Assembly: GCA_902543295.1 (NCBI GenBank)
Contig: CACBXW010000003.1
Coordinates: forward strand, 134,598 to 198,597
Source: an uncultured Pelagibacteraceae bacterium
GTDB lineage: Bacteria > Pseudomonadota > Alphaproteobacteria > Pelagibacterales > Pelagibacteraceae
Length of the DNA stretch: 64,000 bases
Direction: 5' to 3'
Each line of letters starts with the position of its first letter. Position 1 is the stretch's first letter. The translations under genes were made by a program, and so were the position numbers. The notes under the pieces are model-generated. The model did not search any database, was not told the DNA's origin, and worked only from the letters and a program-made list of their open reading frames with translations. Shown piece by piece: positions 44,163 through 52,805 of this stretch.

Positions 44163-44532
44163 AAGATTTAAGTTTAATTGGATTGCCATATTTATTTTTT
44201 TTATTCGTTCCTGGAGCGAGCCACCAAATAAATAAAGGAATTAATCCAACTATTGTTATTCCTACCAACATCCACCAACCCGATCTATCTACGTCATGCA
44301 ACCTTCTCGCGGTTACTGCAAGGGCAGGTAAAAGCAATAACAACTGACTAACAATTTCTAAAGCTCCTGCAGCTTCTAGATTTCCTCCAACTAAAACACC
44401 ATCAAGAATAACAGCCACTATTACAACTAAAATATAAAAAAATTGAAACCACCAATATTCAGATCTTGAGGCTCTACCATCAAATGTAGCAAATTTTTTA
44501 AAACATGTTTTGATTGATTGTTGTATGTCCAT
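44161..44532 (-). CDS. DUF805 family inner-membrane protein (YhaH/YhaI-like)
   Basis: GRASRSEYWWF..., three TM segments, and the RRLHDVDRSGWW signature of DUF805. Confidence 0.85.
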   Translation of the reverse strand: MDIQQSIKTCFKKFATFDGRASRSEYWWFQFFYILVVIVAVILDGVLVGGNLEAAGALEIVSQLLLLLPALAVTARRLHDVDRSGWWMLVGITIVGLIPLFIWWLAPGTNKKNKYGNPIKLKS

Positions 44533-44584
44533 AGAGACTTATAACAATTTCTATAAAAATTTAAATTAAAATTTCCTTTCTAAT

Positions 44585-44615
44585 TCCGTCTGTGCTCCGT
44601 CCAGACGGATTTTTT
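44585..44615 (+). terminator. Intrinsic-terminator-like hairpin oriented on the + strand (orphan)
   Basis: TCCGTCTG (44585-92) pairs with CAGACGGA (44602-09) around a 9-nt loop, followed by TTTTTT (44610-15). On the minus strand the trailing sequence is AAUUAGAAAGG, not U-rich. Confidence 0.5.
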
Positions 44616-44657
44616 ATTTAAAAAGTGTTGTAGTGACTAGCGATTCAAGAATTACTA

Positions 44658-44684
44658 AGGGGCGTTCTGTTGCCAGGTGCACCT
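44658..44684. repeat. GC-rich hairpin, copy 2, containing the same 17-mer GTTCTGTTGCCAGGTGC
   Basis: The 17-mer lies at 44664-44680. The arms AGGGGC (44658-63) and GCACCT (44679-84) pair with one mismatch. The hairpin overlaps the rnhA stop codon (44683-85) by 2 nt. Confidence 0.8.
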
Positions 44685-45105
44685 ATACTGAGGCTGAGGA
44701 CCTTGCCAATAAATCCACTTCATTATTAAGTTTATCTGTTGAATGTGCTTTTACCCAGCTCCATTTAATTTCAAAAGTATTAGATAGATTATCTAATTCA
44801 GTCCAAAGTTCTTTATTCTTAACTTCTTTTTTATTTGCTGTTTTCCAACCATTTTTTTTCCAATTATGTATCCATTCAGTTATTCCAGATTTTACATATT
44901 TAGAGTCTGTAAATATTTGAACCTTGCTCCCTTTTGGAATTTTTTTTAAAGCTTTAATCGGCGCAATTAATTCCATTTGATTATTTGTTGTTTCTTTTTT
45001 GCTTCCTTTAATTTGAGTTTTTTTTCCATTATAAATAATGATTGCTGCCCAACCACCATTTCCTGGATTTCCAATGCAAGAACCATCTGTGTATATTTTA
45101 ATCAT
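44683..45105 (-). CDS. rnhA: Ribonuclease HI
   Basis: DGSCIGNPGNGGWA, TNNQMEL, DSKYV and a C-terminal H..N..AD-type ending. Length 140 aa. Confidence 0.93.
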   Translation of the reverse strand: MIKIYTDGSCIGNPGNGGWAAIIIYNGKKTQIKGSKKETTNNQMELIAPIKALKKIPKGSKVQIFTDSKYVKSGITEWIHNWKKNGWKTANKKEVKNKELWTELDNLSNTFEIKWSWVKAHSTDKLNNEVDLLARSSASV

Positions 45106-46070
45106 TAAGAATAATCCTTAAATGTGCTCAGATTTCTATGAAAATTCAACTTATCTATATACTCCTTTGGATCTTTGATTTTAATGACAGCATTTTTAGG
45201 AGTATTTAAATAATCATAGGATCTAGTCAAAAGATATCTCAAAGCCGACCCTCTGCATAATGTATTTAAATTTCTTTTTTCAATTTCACTTAATTTTCTA
45301 ACAGATTGGTAGCCTTTTAATAAATTTGAAGATCTTTTTTTATCTAATACAAATTTTCTATTTTTCTTTTTAAAGCATAAAGCATTAATGCAGGTTGCTA
45401 ATTCATAAGATAGAAAATCATTAGCTGAAAAATAAAAATCAATAAATCCATGAAATTTACCTTTATTGAAAAAAATATTATCAATAAAAAGATCGCTATG
45501 AATTATGCCATTCGGCATTTTTTTAGGCCATTTTTTTTTTAGATCTCTCAAATCATCTTTCATTAAATCTTTTAAGTTTTTTGACAATTTATTAATTTTA
45601 TTGTCTATTTTATTTAGAATTGATCCCCATGAATTAATCGATAGAGAATTTTTTCTATATAATTTTAATTTTTTTGAAGCCTTATGAAGAAGTGCTGCAT
45701 TTTTTCCAACTATAAAACAATCTTTACTATTTAGTTGATCTTTATCTTTTCCTTCTAAGAAGCTGACAATACAAGCTTTTTTATTTTTTAAAGTAAATAA
45801 ATATTTGCCATTTTTGTCTTTTATAGGAACTGGACATTTTACTTTTAATCTAGATAGACCAGACATAAGATTAACAAAAAATGGAAGATCTTTTTTCTGA
45901 ACTCTTTTTTCGTAAATAGTTAAAATATATTTATTTTCCTTTGTCTTCAAAAGGAAGTTGGTATTTTCGATCCCTTTTTTTATACCTGAATAATTTATAA
46001 TTTTTCCAATATTATATTTTTTCTCGATAAGTTTTATCTGCTTATTATTAATTTTAGTATAAACAGCCAT
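45105..46070 (-). CDS. thrB: Homoserine kinase, type II (aminoglycoside phosphotransferase fold, ThrB2)
   Basis: APH-fold catalytic loop IIHSDLFIDNIFF and DFYF motif. The ispH-thrB-rnhA neighbourhood is typical of alphaproteobacteria. Confidence 0.8.
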   Translation of the reverse strand: MAVYTKINNKQIKLIEKKYNIGKIINYSGIKKGIENTNFLLKTKENKYILTIYEKRVQKKDLPFFVNLMSGLSRLKVKCPVPIKDKNGKYLFTLKNKKACIVSFLEGKDKDQLNSKDCFIVGKNAALLHKASKKLKLYRKNSLSINSWGSILNKIDNKINKLSKNLKDLMKDDLRDLKKKWPKKMPNGIIHSDLFIDNIFFNKGKFHGFIDFYFSANDFLSYELATCINALCFKKKNRKFVLDKKRSSNLLKGYQSVRKLSEIEKRNLNTLCRGSALRYLLTRSYDYLNTPKNAVIKIKDPKEYIDKLNFHRNLSTFKDYS

Positions 46071-47020
46071 TAATTTAATTTTCCAGGGATTTTAAAAGTT
46101 ATATTTTCCTTCACGATTTCAACTTCTTCAATGTTGACTGTAAATTGATTTTTTAACTCTGCTATAAACTTTTCAACAAGTATTTCTGGCGCCGAAGCAC
46201 CAGATGAAATCCCAATTGTGTTACATTCTTTAATTTTATCTATTGGCACTGGACTTTCTGAGTGTATTAACTCAGCAGAATTGCAACCAGAGTTTTTAGC
46301 AACCTCAACTAATCTTACCGAGTTAGATGAATTTCTACTTCCTATTACAAAAAACATATCACATTTATCTGCTATTTCTTTAACTGCCGATTGTCTATTT
46401 GTTGTTGCATAACAAATGTCATCTTTTTTAGGCTCTTTAATATCTGGATATTTAGATTTTAAAGCTGCAATTATATCTTTGGTATCATCTACAGAAAGCG
46501 TTGTTTGAGTTATGAAAGATAGCTGTTTATTTGAAATATTTTCATACTTATTTGCATCCTCAATATTTTCAATCAAATCTATTGAACCTTTTGGCAATTG
46601 ACCCATAGTTCCTATGACTTCTGGATGGTTTTTGTGTCCTATTAATAATATATGATGACCTTGTTTATTTAAATTTTCTGCTTCTCTATGAACTTTAGAT
46701 ACCAGAGGACATGTTGCATCTACAAACATCATATTTAAATTGGACGCTTCCTCTGGAACAGATTTTGGAACCCCATGTGCTGAGAATATAACTGGTCTCG
46801 ATTTATCTTTAATCTCATCTAATTCTTCTACAAATATTGCTCCAATCTTTTTTAAACTTTCTACGACATGTTTATTATGTACAATTTCGTGTCTTACATA
46901 AACTGGAGCACCAAATTTATCTATACTCTTTTTTACAATCTCAATTGCTCTATCAACTCCTGCACAAAATCCTCTTGGTGCAGCTAAATAAATTTTTAAA
47001 TTTTTGTTACTCATTTTCAT
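46070..47020 (-). CDS. ispH: 4-hydroxy-3-methylbut-2-enyl diphosphate reductase
   Basis: PRGFCAGVDRAI, the three-Cys pattern and HNKHVV motif. Length 316 aa. Confidence 0.95.
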   Translation of the reverse strand: MKMSNKNLKIYLAAPRGFCAGVDRAIEIVKKSIDKFGAPVYVRHEIVHNKHVVESLKKIGAIFVEELDEIKDKSRPVIFSAHGVPKSVPEEASNLNMMFVDATCPLVSKVHREAENLNKQGHHILLIGHKNHPEVIGTMGQLPKGSIDLIENIEDANKYENISNKQLSFITQTTLSVDDTKDIIAALKSKYPDIKEPKKDDICYATTNRQSAVKEIADKCDMFFVIGSRNSSNSVRLVEVAKNSGCNSAELIHSESPVPIDKIKECNTIGISSGASAPEILVEKFIAELKNQFTVNIEEVEIVKENITFKIPGKLN

Positions 47021-47177
47021 CCTTTTTAAAAAATGGAATTAAAAATACTATACAAGCAATAAAAAAAAACAGGCTTCCGAACATAGCCCAAAAACTTCCT
47101 ACACTTGAGATGATGAAACCAATTGAAGATATAATGAACAATATCCATCCAATTAGATTTATAGTTTTATTTTTCAT
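47007..47177 (-). CDS. Small two-TM membrane protein (56 aa) between blh and ispH
   Basis: Codon-by-codon hand translation: MKNKTINLIGWILFIISSIGFIISSVGSFWAMFGSLFFFIACIVFLIPFFKKDENE*. Its ATG overlaps the blh stop (ATGA). Its 3' end overlaps the ispH start by 14 nt. It is below the ORF-track cutoff. Confidence 0.6.
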   Translation of the reverse strand: MKNKTINLIGWILFIISSIGFIISSVGSFWAMFGSLFFFIACIVFLIPFFKKDENE

Positions 47178-48067
47178 TTTTTTTCTACCATGAATTCAAG
47201 TAAAATATGAGGAAAGGTCAATGAAGCCAATCCAACAAATATTATTTTAATAATACTTTCATCTATACCAAATTTTTCTGAAATAAAATAAAAAACAATT
47301 AAATACATTATTGCTGTAATTACTGTAAGTGGAATAATTTTTCGTAAAAAAATAGGAAATCCTTTCATCAAATTTTTATTAATTTCACTAATTAAACTTA
47401 GCGAGTGTCTTATAGAATGAAGAAAGCAGAAATAAATTGTAAAAGCCAATATAGGATTAAAGAAATAGTTTAAAATAATTATTGAAAAACTATCTAAAAA
47501 AAGAATTGATCTTAAATCATTATTATTACCTCTATATATAAGAAAATTACTTAGCACTGATAATATAACTAAAGGAATTAAAAAATTATTAGCCATAATA
47601 TTTTCGTCTATTGAAAAATTTAACATTTTAAAAATTTCGATTGTCTCAGCTTTATGAAATAGTAAGGGTGCTGAAATAACTAATGATCCTTTAATGAAAT
47701 AAAAAATTTCTAAAAAATTAGCATTTTTTGTTTCGATAAAGTCACTATCCTCTTTGCCAAAATGATATGCTGCAACTATTAAAAAAAGCGAAAGCAACAA
47801 TATTGGACTTAAAATCCAAATTAAAATAACAAAAATAGCAATACCTATATAAGTTATATAGAACACTTCTGTATTTTTAATTTTATAAATTTTTAAAAGT
47901 TTTTTACCTTTTTCATGATCTAGCGCACCATGAGAGATGCCAATTGTAAGAATTAAAAAAAAACTAAAAAGTATAAACGAATTATCTCTCAATACCTCAA
48001 AGGCAGAAAAAAAAATACAGATATTAAAAAAAATAATAGAATGAAAAAAATTTATTTTGTTGATCAT
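47174..48067 (-). CDS. blh: Beta-carotene 15,15'-dioxygenase, Brp/Blh family (retinal synthesis)
   Basis: Multi-TM protein with the spaced conserved His residues of Blh (GISHGALDH, AAYHFGKED, LHSIRHS, FPHILLE). It follows crtY directly. Confidence 0.85.
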   Translation of the reverse strand: MINKINFFHSIIFFNICIFFSAFEVLRDNSFILFSFFLILTIGISHGALDHEKGKKLLKIYKIKNTEVFYITYIGIAIFVILIWILSPILLLSLFLIVAAYHFGKEDSDFIETKNANFLEIFYFIKGSLVISAPLLFHKAETIEIFKMLNFSIDENIMANNFLIPLVILSVLSNFLIYRGNNNDLRSILFLDSFSIIILNYFFNPILAFTIYFCFLHSIRHSLSLISEINKNLMKGFPIFLRKIIPLTVITAIMYLIVFYFISEKFGIDESIIKIIFVGLASLTFPHILLEFMVEKK

Positions 48068-49143
48068 TATTTAAATACAGCTTTAATAAAAATCCATTTT
48101 GGCATCTTTAATATAATGGATAAGTCCTCGAAAATATTACTTTTATTGGAAAGGAAATTTATTACTGTTTTTGACTTGCTTTTAAACATTTTGAAGAAAA
48201 TATTTGGCATGATCTCTGGCTTTTCAGCTAGGACTTTCAAAAAAACATTATCTAAAAACTTATACTTACTTTTTATATTGAAAGCTCTAGTTTGGGTTAT
48301 TTTATCAATGTTTTGGGTAATATATTCTGCCTGTTCTTGAATATTTAGGAAAGTATAGCCAGTGCTCAAACGTGTCATACCTCCAGCAGTTCCAATATTA
48401 ATCGTATTTTTATCGTTTTTAAATTTTGGGTAAAATAATGGTATAGCCCCAACTTCTTTATAATTAATTTTATACTTTTTTAATTTTAAAGTGTTTTCGA
48501 TGTAATCAGTAATTTGTTTATCATAATCTTTTTCACTATCATCTTCCATTTTTGAAAGCCAAGTAGTTTCGATTAAAGCTGATTTTTTTGAATAGGGTAG
48601 TGTATAGAAAAAATGAACACTTTTTTTTTGATCGCAATCAAAGTCCATTAAATTCATTATTTGATCATCAAAAAAATCTTTTTCAGTTTCAATCTCAACA
48701 CCTTGAAAGTGTTGCCATAAATTAGAATCTTTATTCTCAAGATTTGGTAGACTGTTAAATAAAATTGCGTTTTCAGTATTTACTTCACCAATATCTTTAA
48801 AGAATTGAATATTAGGATTTTTATTAATTTTATTTAAAATCTTTTTGTAGAATAGTCCACTATCAATACTTTCGTAAGGAGTTTCTTTACAATCTTTATA
48901 TTCAACATTGCCTTTAAAATTGATTGTATAATCTTTCCATCTTTTTTTTACACAGTCATCAAACTTGTGAGGTACAGTTTTCCAATATGACCAAGTTTTA
49001 TCTCTTTTATATTCATCTCTTTTTTCAATAATTGCTAAAGTCTTATTTTTAAGTTTATCGTGATACTCTAACTCATAAGCCAATGTTAAACCTGCACAGC
49101 CACCTCCAATAATTATGTAATCAAAATCTTTCATTATACTCAA
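48067..49143 (-). CDS. crtY: Lycopene beta-cyclase
   Basis: FAD motif DYIIIGGGCAGLTLA. Length 358 aa. Located between crtB and blh. Confidence 0.85.
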   Translation of the reverse strand: MSIMKDFDYIIIGGGCAGLTLAYELEYHDKLKNKTLAIIEKRDEYKRDKTWSYWKTVPHKFDDCVKKRWKDYTINFKGNVEYKDCKETPYESIDSGLFYKKILNKINKNPNIQFFKDIGEVNTENAILFNSLPNLENKDSNLWQHFQGVEIETEKDFFDDQIMNLMDFDCDQKKSVHFFYTLPYSKKSALIETTWLSKMEDDSEKDYDKQITDYIENTLKLKKYKINYKEVGAIPLFYPKFKNDKNTINIGTAGGMTRLSTGYTFLNIQEQAEYITQNIDKITQTRAFNIKSKYKFLDNVFLKVLAEKPEIMPNIFFKMFKSKSKTVINFLSNKSNIFEDLSIILKMPKWIFIKAVFK

Positions 49144-49972
49144 TATCTTGCATTATTATCTCATGCTCTTTTATTGTAAGTTTTTTATCTTCTTTTACAA
49201 AATATAATTTAATTAAATCACCAATAGATAGCACTGTATGTAAGACTTTTCCCAGATTGTTTACATAAATTTTTCCTGATTTATTATAATTTTCTAAGTT
49301 TCCTTTTTTTAAGATTTCATTTCCAATTTGTCTATATACTCGTCTTGCAACCAAAATCGAAAATCTTAAAAAGAATGGAATTTTTTTAATTGATACAAAA
49401 GAATTACTATAAAATTTGTCAGCGATTTTTAGAATTCTTTTAATTTCATCAAAATTCTTTTTTATATAAAACCTATTATTGCTTTCATCTTCAATAACAT
49501 CTCTTGAAATATTAGTTAATTGCATTGCAATGCCTAAGTCAATCGCTCCTAAAAGTGCTGATCTTTCTTTGACATTTAAAATTTTTGCCATCATTAATCC
49601 AACTGTTCCAGCCACTCTATATGAATAAACATATAGATCTTTGTCAGTGTTGATTTCTACTTTTAATTTTATATCAGCCTCTACGCCATCGAATAAATCA
49701 TCAATTATTTTTTGTGATATTCCAAATTTGTTTATTAAAGCCCACATATTTTTAATTATTTGGTTATTTTCATTTTTTAATTTGAAATCTTCTTTGAAAG
49801 TATTGAAATTTTTTAATTTCGTATCAAGATCACCTTTTTCATCTGCTATATTGTCTATGTATCTACAAAAATCGTACAAATTAGAGCAATCAGAGTAGAC
49901 TTGTTTTGGTAAAAAGAAACCTGCCCAATTAAAAGATTTAGCGTATATCGACAAATAATTTTGTTCATTCAT
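49121..49972 (-). CDS. crtB: Phytoene synthase
   Basis: Squalene/phytoene synthase motifs (FCRYIDNIADE, YRVAGTVGLMM, QLTNISRDVIED). Confidence 0.9.
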   Translation of the reverse strand: MNEQNYLSIYAKSFNWAGFFLPKQVYSDCSNLYDFCRYIDNIADEKGDLDTKLKNFNTFKEDFKLKNENNQIIKNMWALINKFGISQKIIDDLFDGVEADIKLKVEINTDKDLYVYSYRVAGTVGLMMAKILNVKERSALLGAIDLGIAMQLTNISRDVIEDESNNRFYIKKNFDEIKRILKIADKFYSNSFVSIKKIPFFLRFSILVARRVYRQIGNEILKKGNLENYNKSGKIYVNNLGKVLHTVLSIGDLIKLYFVKEDKKLTIKEHEIIMQDIEYNERF

Positions 49973-51429
49973 TACAAAATTTTATCTAAGACCTTTGCGG
50001 ATGATAGGACTCCTGGAACACCAGCTCCAGGATGAGTGCCCGCTCCAACAAAATATAAACCGTCATAAACCTCAGATTTATTATGAAATCTAAAGTATGC
50101 TGATTGAGAAAATTTTGGCTGAATTGAAAAACCAGAGCCATATTTTGTGTTTAATTCATTCTCAAAATAATCAGGAGTTAAATAAAAATCATCTACAATA
50201 TTTTCTCTTAAGTTGGGTAATAAACTTTTTTCCATTTTATCTATCACAAGTTTTTTTAGATTCTCTCCTTCGATCGACCAGTTTATTCCTGATTTATTAT
50301 TAGGTACAGGCACTAATACATAAAAGCAATCATGGTCTTTTGGTGCCATACTTGAATCTGTTGCGGTAGGTCTATGTAGGTAATAGCTTATATCGTTATT
50401 TAATTTTTTGTTTACAAATATATCATCCAAGTGTTCTTTGTACTTATCGCCAAACTTTATAGTATGATGTTCAACATTTTCGTATTTTTTCTTTGTTCCA
50501 AAATAATAAACAAACAAACCCATTGAATATTCCATTCTATTTATCTTCCAATTAAATAAGGTGTTATATTTTTGATTATTTAGCATTTTTGAATAAACAC
50601 CGGGAGGATCTGCATTACAAACTACGTTATCTGCTTTAATTTCCTCATCTTCACTTGTGACAACCCCGACAACTCTTTTATTTTCTGTAAGCAAGTTTTT
50701 AACTTCTTTACCTTTAATAATTGTAACATCTTCTTCTAACATCAATTTCTCAAAACCTTTTATGATTTGTCCTGTTCCACCCATAGAATAATGAATTCCC
50801 CATTTTTTTTCTAAATACAAAATTAATCCATATATAGAGGTTGTAGTAAAAGGGTTCCCACCTACCAATAATGGGTGCATACTAAATAGCCTTCTTAGTT
50901 TTTCATTTTCAATAAAACCACTAACCAAAGAATAAACAGATTTATAACTTTTTAAACTTAGCAATGCAGGAATTTGCTTAAACATAAATGAAGGTTTATC
51001 AAATGGCACATCTGATAATTCTGAATAACCCTTATCAAATATTTTTTTTGTAAATTTAAGTAAATTTCTGTAACCCACAACATCTTTATGATTAATTATT
51101 GCAATCTGTTCTTCCATTTTCTTTTCATCGGCTGAGTAATCAAAATGGCTTCCATCTTCGAAAACAAATCTGTACCAAGTATCTAAATCTTTTATTTTTA
51201 TATAATCATCTGGATTTTTATTAAAAAGTTTAAAAATTTCATAAATTAAATAAGGAGCAGTTATTACAGTTGGTCCACCATCATAAGTAAACCCATTACT
51301 TTTAAATACTCTCGCTCTTCCACCTAAATCTTTTTGTTTTTCAATTAAAGTAACTTTATGACCTTTTGCTCGAAGTCTAAGAGCTGCCGCCATACCACCA
51401 AAACCTGATCCAATTACAATGGAATTCAT
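49972..51429 (-). CDS. crtI: Phytoene desaturase
   Basis: N-terminal FAD motif VIGSGFGGMAAALRL and the C-terminal carotenoid-desaturase signature FVGAGTHPGAGVPGV. Confidence 0.93.
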   Translation of the reverse strand: MNSIVIGSGFGGMAAALRLRAKGHKVTLIEKQKDLGGRARVFKSNGFTYDGGPTVITAPYLIYEIFKLFNKNPDDYIKIKDLDTWYRFVFEDGSHFDYSADEKKMEEQIAIINHKDVVGYRNLLKFTKKIFDKGYSELSDVPFDKPSFMFKQIPALLSLKSYKSVYSLVSGFIENEKLRRLFSMHPLLVGGNPFTTTSIYGLILYLEKKWGIHYSMGGTGQIIKGFEKLMLEEDVTIIKGKEVKNLLTENKRVVGVVTSEDEEIKADNVVCNADPPGVYSKMLNNQKYNTLFNWKINRMEYSMGLFVYYFGTKKKYENVEHHTIKFGDKYKEHLDDIFVNKKLNNDISYYLHRPTATDSSMAPKDHDCFYVLVPVPNNKSGINWSIEGENLKKLVIDKMEKSLLPNLRENIVDDFYLTPDYFENELNTKYGSGFSIQPKFSQSAYFRFHNKSEVYDGLYFVGAGTHPGAGVPGVLSSAKVLDKIL

Positions 51430-51477
51430 ATTTCTTAATTTACATTATTTTTATAAAATTTGATAAACTATCTTAGT

Positions 51478-51975
51478 TTAAGAACTGATTTTCTTTAATT
51501 CTGTCTTTGTTTCTTCAAGATTTTTATTAAACAAGTTGTCAAGTTTAGACTTATCAACAGATGTAGTAATAATTTTTTTTACAGATTCTACAGCAATATT
51601 AATTGATGTATCTTTAATTTCTTTAATGGCATTATCTTTCATTTGAGAGATTTTAGTTTCTGCTAGACTTTTCTTGAGTTCAGCTGATTTATGAAATTTA
51701 TCGTTCATTTCAATCACAAATCTTTCAGTTTCATCTTTTGACTGCTGCATAATCTTTTCACTCTCAATTTTTGCAGTATCAAGCTTCTTTTGCGCCTCAT
51801 CCAATAGTCTTTTAGACTCAGCTCGGAGTTTTTCACTTTCGTCAATTTCATTTTTGATATCAGTAATCATTTTGCTTAATAAATTATTAACATTCTGTGG
51901 AACTTTTAAATAAATTAGCACCCCAAAAAATATTACAAAAGATACTGCTACCCAAAATGTTGCATCAAATACCAT
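51478..51975 (-). CDS. atpF: ATP synthase F0 subunit b
   Basis: A single N-terminal TM segment (FDATFWVAVSFVIFFGVLIYL) followed by a long charged helix. I prefer the MVFDATFW start at 51975. The ORF-track start at 52011 would overlap the b' gene by 47 nt. Confidence 0.85.
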   Translation of the reverse strand: MVFDATFWVAVSFVIFFGVLIYLKVPQNVNNLLSKMITDIKNEIDESEKLRAESKRLLDEAQKKLDTAKIESEKIMQQSKDETERFVIEMNDKFHKSAELKKSLAETKISQMKDNAIKEIKDTSINIAVESVKKIITTSVDKSKLDNLFNKNLEETKTELKKISS

Positions 51976-52555
51976 TATGTTTTTCCATTTCTTTTTTAGA
52001 AAGATCTTCAACTATGGCTGAAAGACTACTTTTATTTATATCTTCACCAATTAATTGTTTAACTAGATCGGAGGATGTCTCAATTGCAATTTTAGTAACT
52101 TTCTCTTGAGAAGTTTTTTTTAATTGGTCTATTTCTTCTTCAGCTTTTATTATTTCTTTTTCGATATCCTTTTCTAAAGATAATCTTTTATTGTTTATAT
52201 CGTCCAAAACTTTTTGTCTTTCACTATTAAAGAAGTTTTTTGCTTCGACTTTTGTATCATTGATAATTTTATCAAATTCTTTAACTTTTTTTTCAGTTTC
52301 TTCCCGTTGCTTGTCTGCAGTTTCGATATTCTCTAAGATTTGTGATTTTCTGGTTTCAAGATTGTTACTAATCTTTGGTAGTATGAACTTAGATAAAATT
52401 ATAAACAATAATCCAAAGGTAAGTACTAACCAAAAAATTTGAGATATCCAAAACTCGGGATTAAGCTGGGGCATACCTCCACTCTCAGCGCTTTGAGCGC
52501 TATAAGTAAAGATAAGACTTAAAGCTAGAAATTGAAAAATTATCTTTTTCAACAT
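51965..52555 (-). CDS. atpF2: ATP synthase F0 subunit b' (second b-type subunit)
   Basis: MPQLNPEFWISQIFWLVLTFGLLF followed by a charged helix. The gene order atpI-B-E-F'-F is the standard alphaproteobacterial order. Confidence 0.85.
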   Translation of the reverse strand: MLKKIIFQFLALSLIFTYSAQSAESGGMPQLNPEFWISQIFWLVLTFGLLFIILSKFILPKISNNLETRKSQILENIETADKQREETEKKVKEFDKIINDTKVEAKNFFNSERQKVLDDINNKRLSLEKDIEKEIIKAEEEIDQLKKTSQEKVTKIAIETSSDLVKQLIGEDINKSSLSAIVEDLSKKEMEKHNGI

Positions 52556-52558
52556 TAA

Positions 52559-52786
52559 TTAAAACGCGAAAAGAATAATTAATGCAACAACTAATCCAAA
52601 TAAACCAGTCGCTTCCGCTAATGCAAAGCCTAATAGCAAGTTTGGAAACTGCTTTTGAGCTGCAGATGGATTTCTCATTGCGCCTGAAAGATAATTTCCA
52701 AAAATTATCCCAATTCCAACTCCTGCACCCGCAAGTGCAATTGCTGCTAGTCCTGCTCCTATCATTTTTGCTGCTTCTAATTCCAT
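52559..52786 (-). CDS. atpE: ATP synthase F0 subunit c
   Basis: 75-aa hairpin proteolipid with the essential carboxylate in FALAEATGLFGLVVA. Confidence 0.95.
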   Translation of the reverse strand: MELEAAKMIGAGLAAIALAGAGVGIGIIFGNYLSGAMRNPSAAQKQFPNLLLGFALAEATGLFGLVVALIILFAF

Positions 52787-52805
52787 TATATCCTCCTTAT
52801 GTTAA

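Noticed and set aside
44049-44700. Possible SRP (4.5S) RNA, tmRNA piece or tRNA fragment, because GGGGCGUUCUGUUGCCAGGU superficially resembles the E. coli 4.5S segments GGGGGCUCUGUUGG and CUGUUUACCAGGU
   Set aside because: Neither strand has the GGAA/GNRA apical loop, the AGCA symmetric-loop motif, a T-loop (GGTTCGAATCC-like) or a CCA-proximal acceptor stem. The resemblance is limited to a few bases. It is kept only as an unexplained repeat.
46837-47193. 118-aa + strand ORF spanning the ispH start and the blh end
   Set aside because: It is antisense to ispH and to the well-supported small coupled ORF. Its composition is typical of shadow frames in AT-rich DNA.
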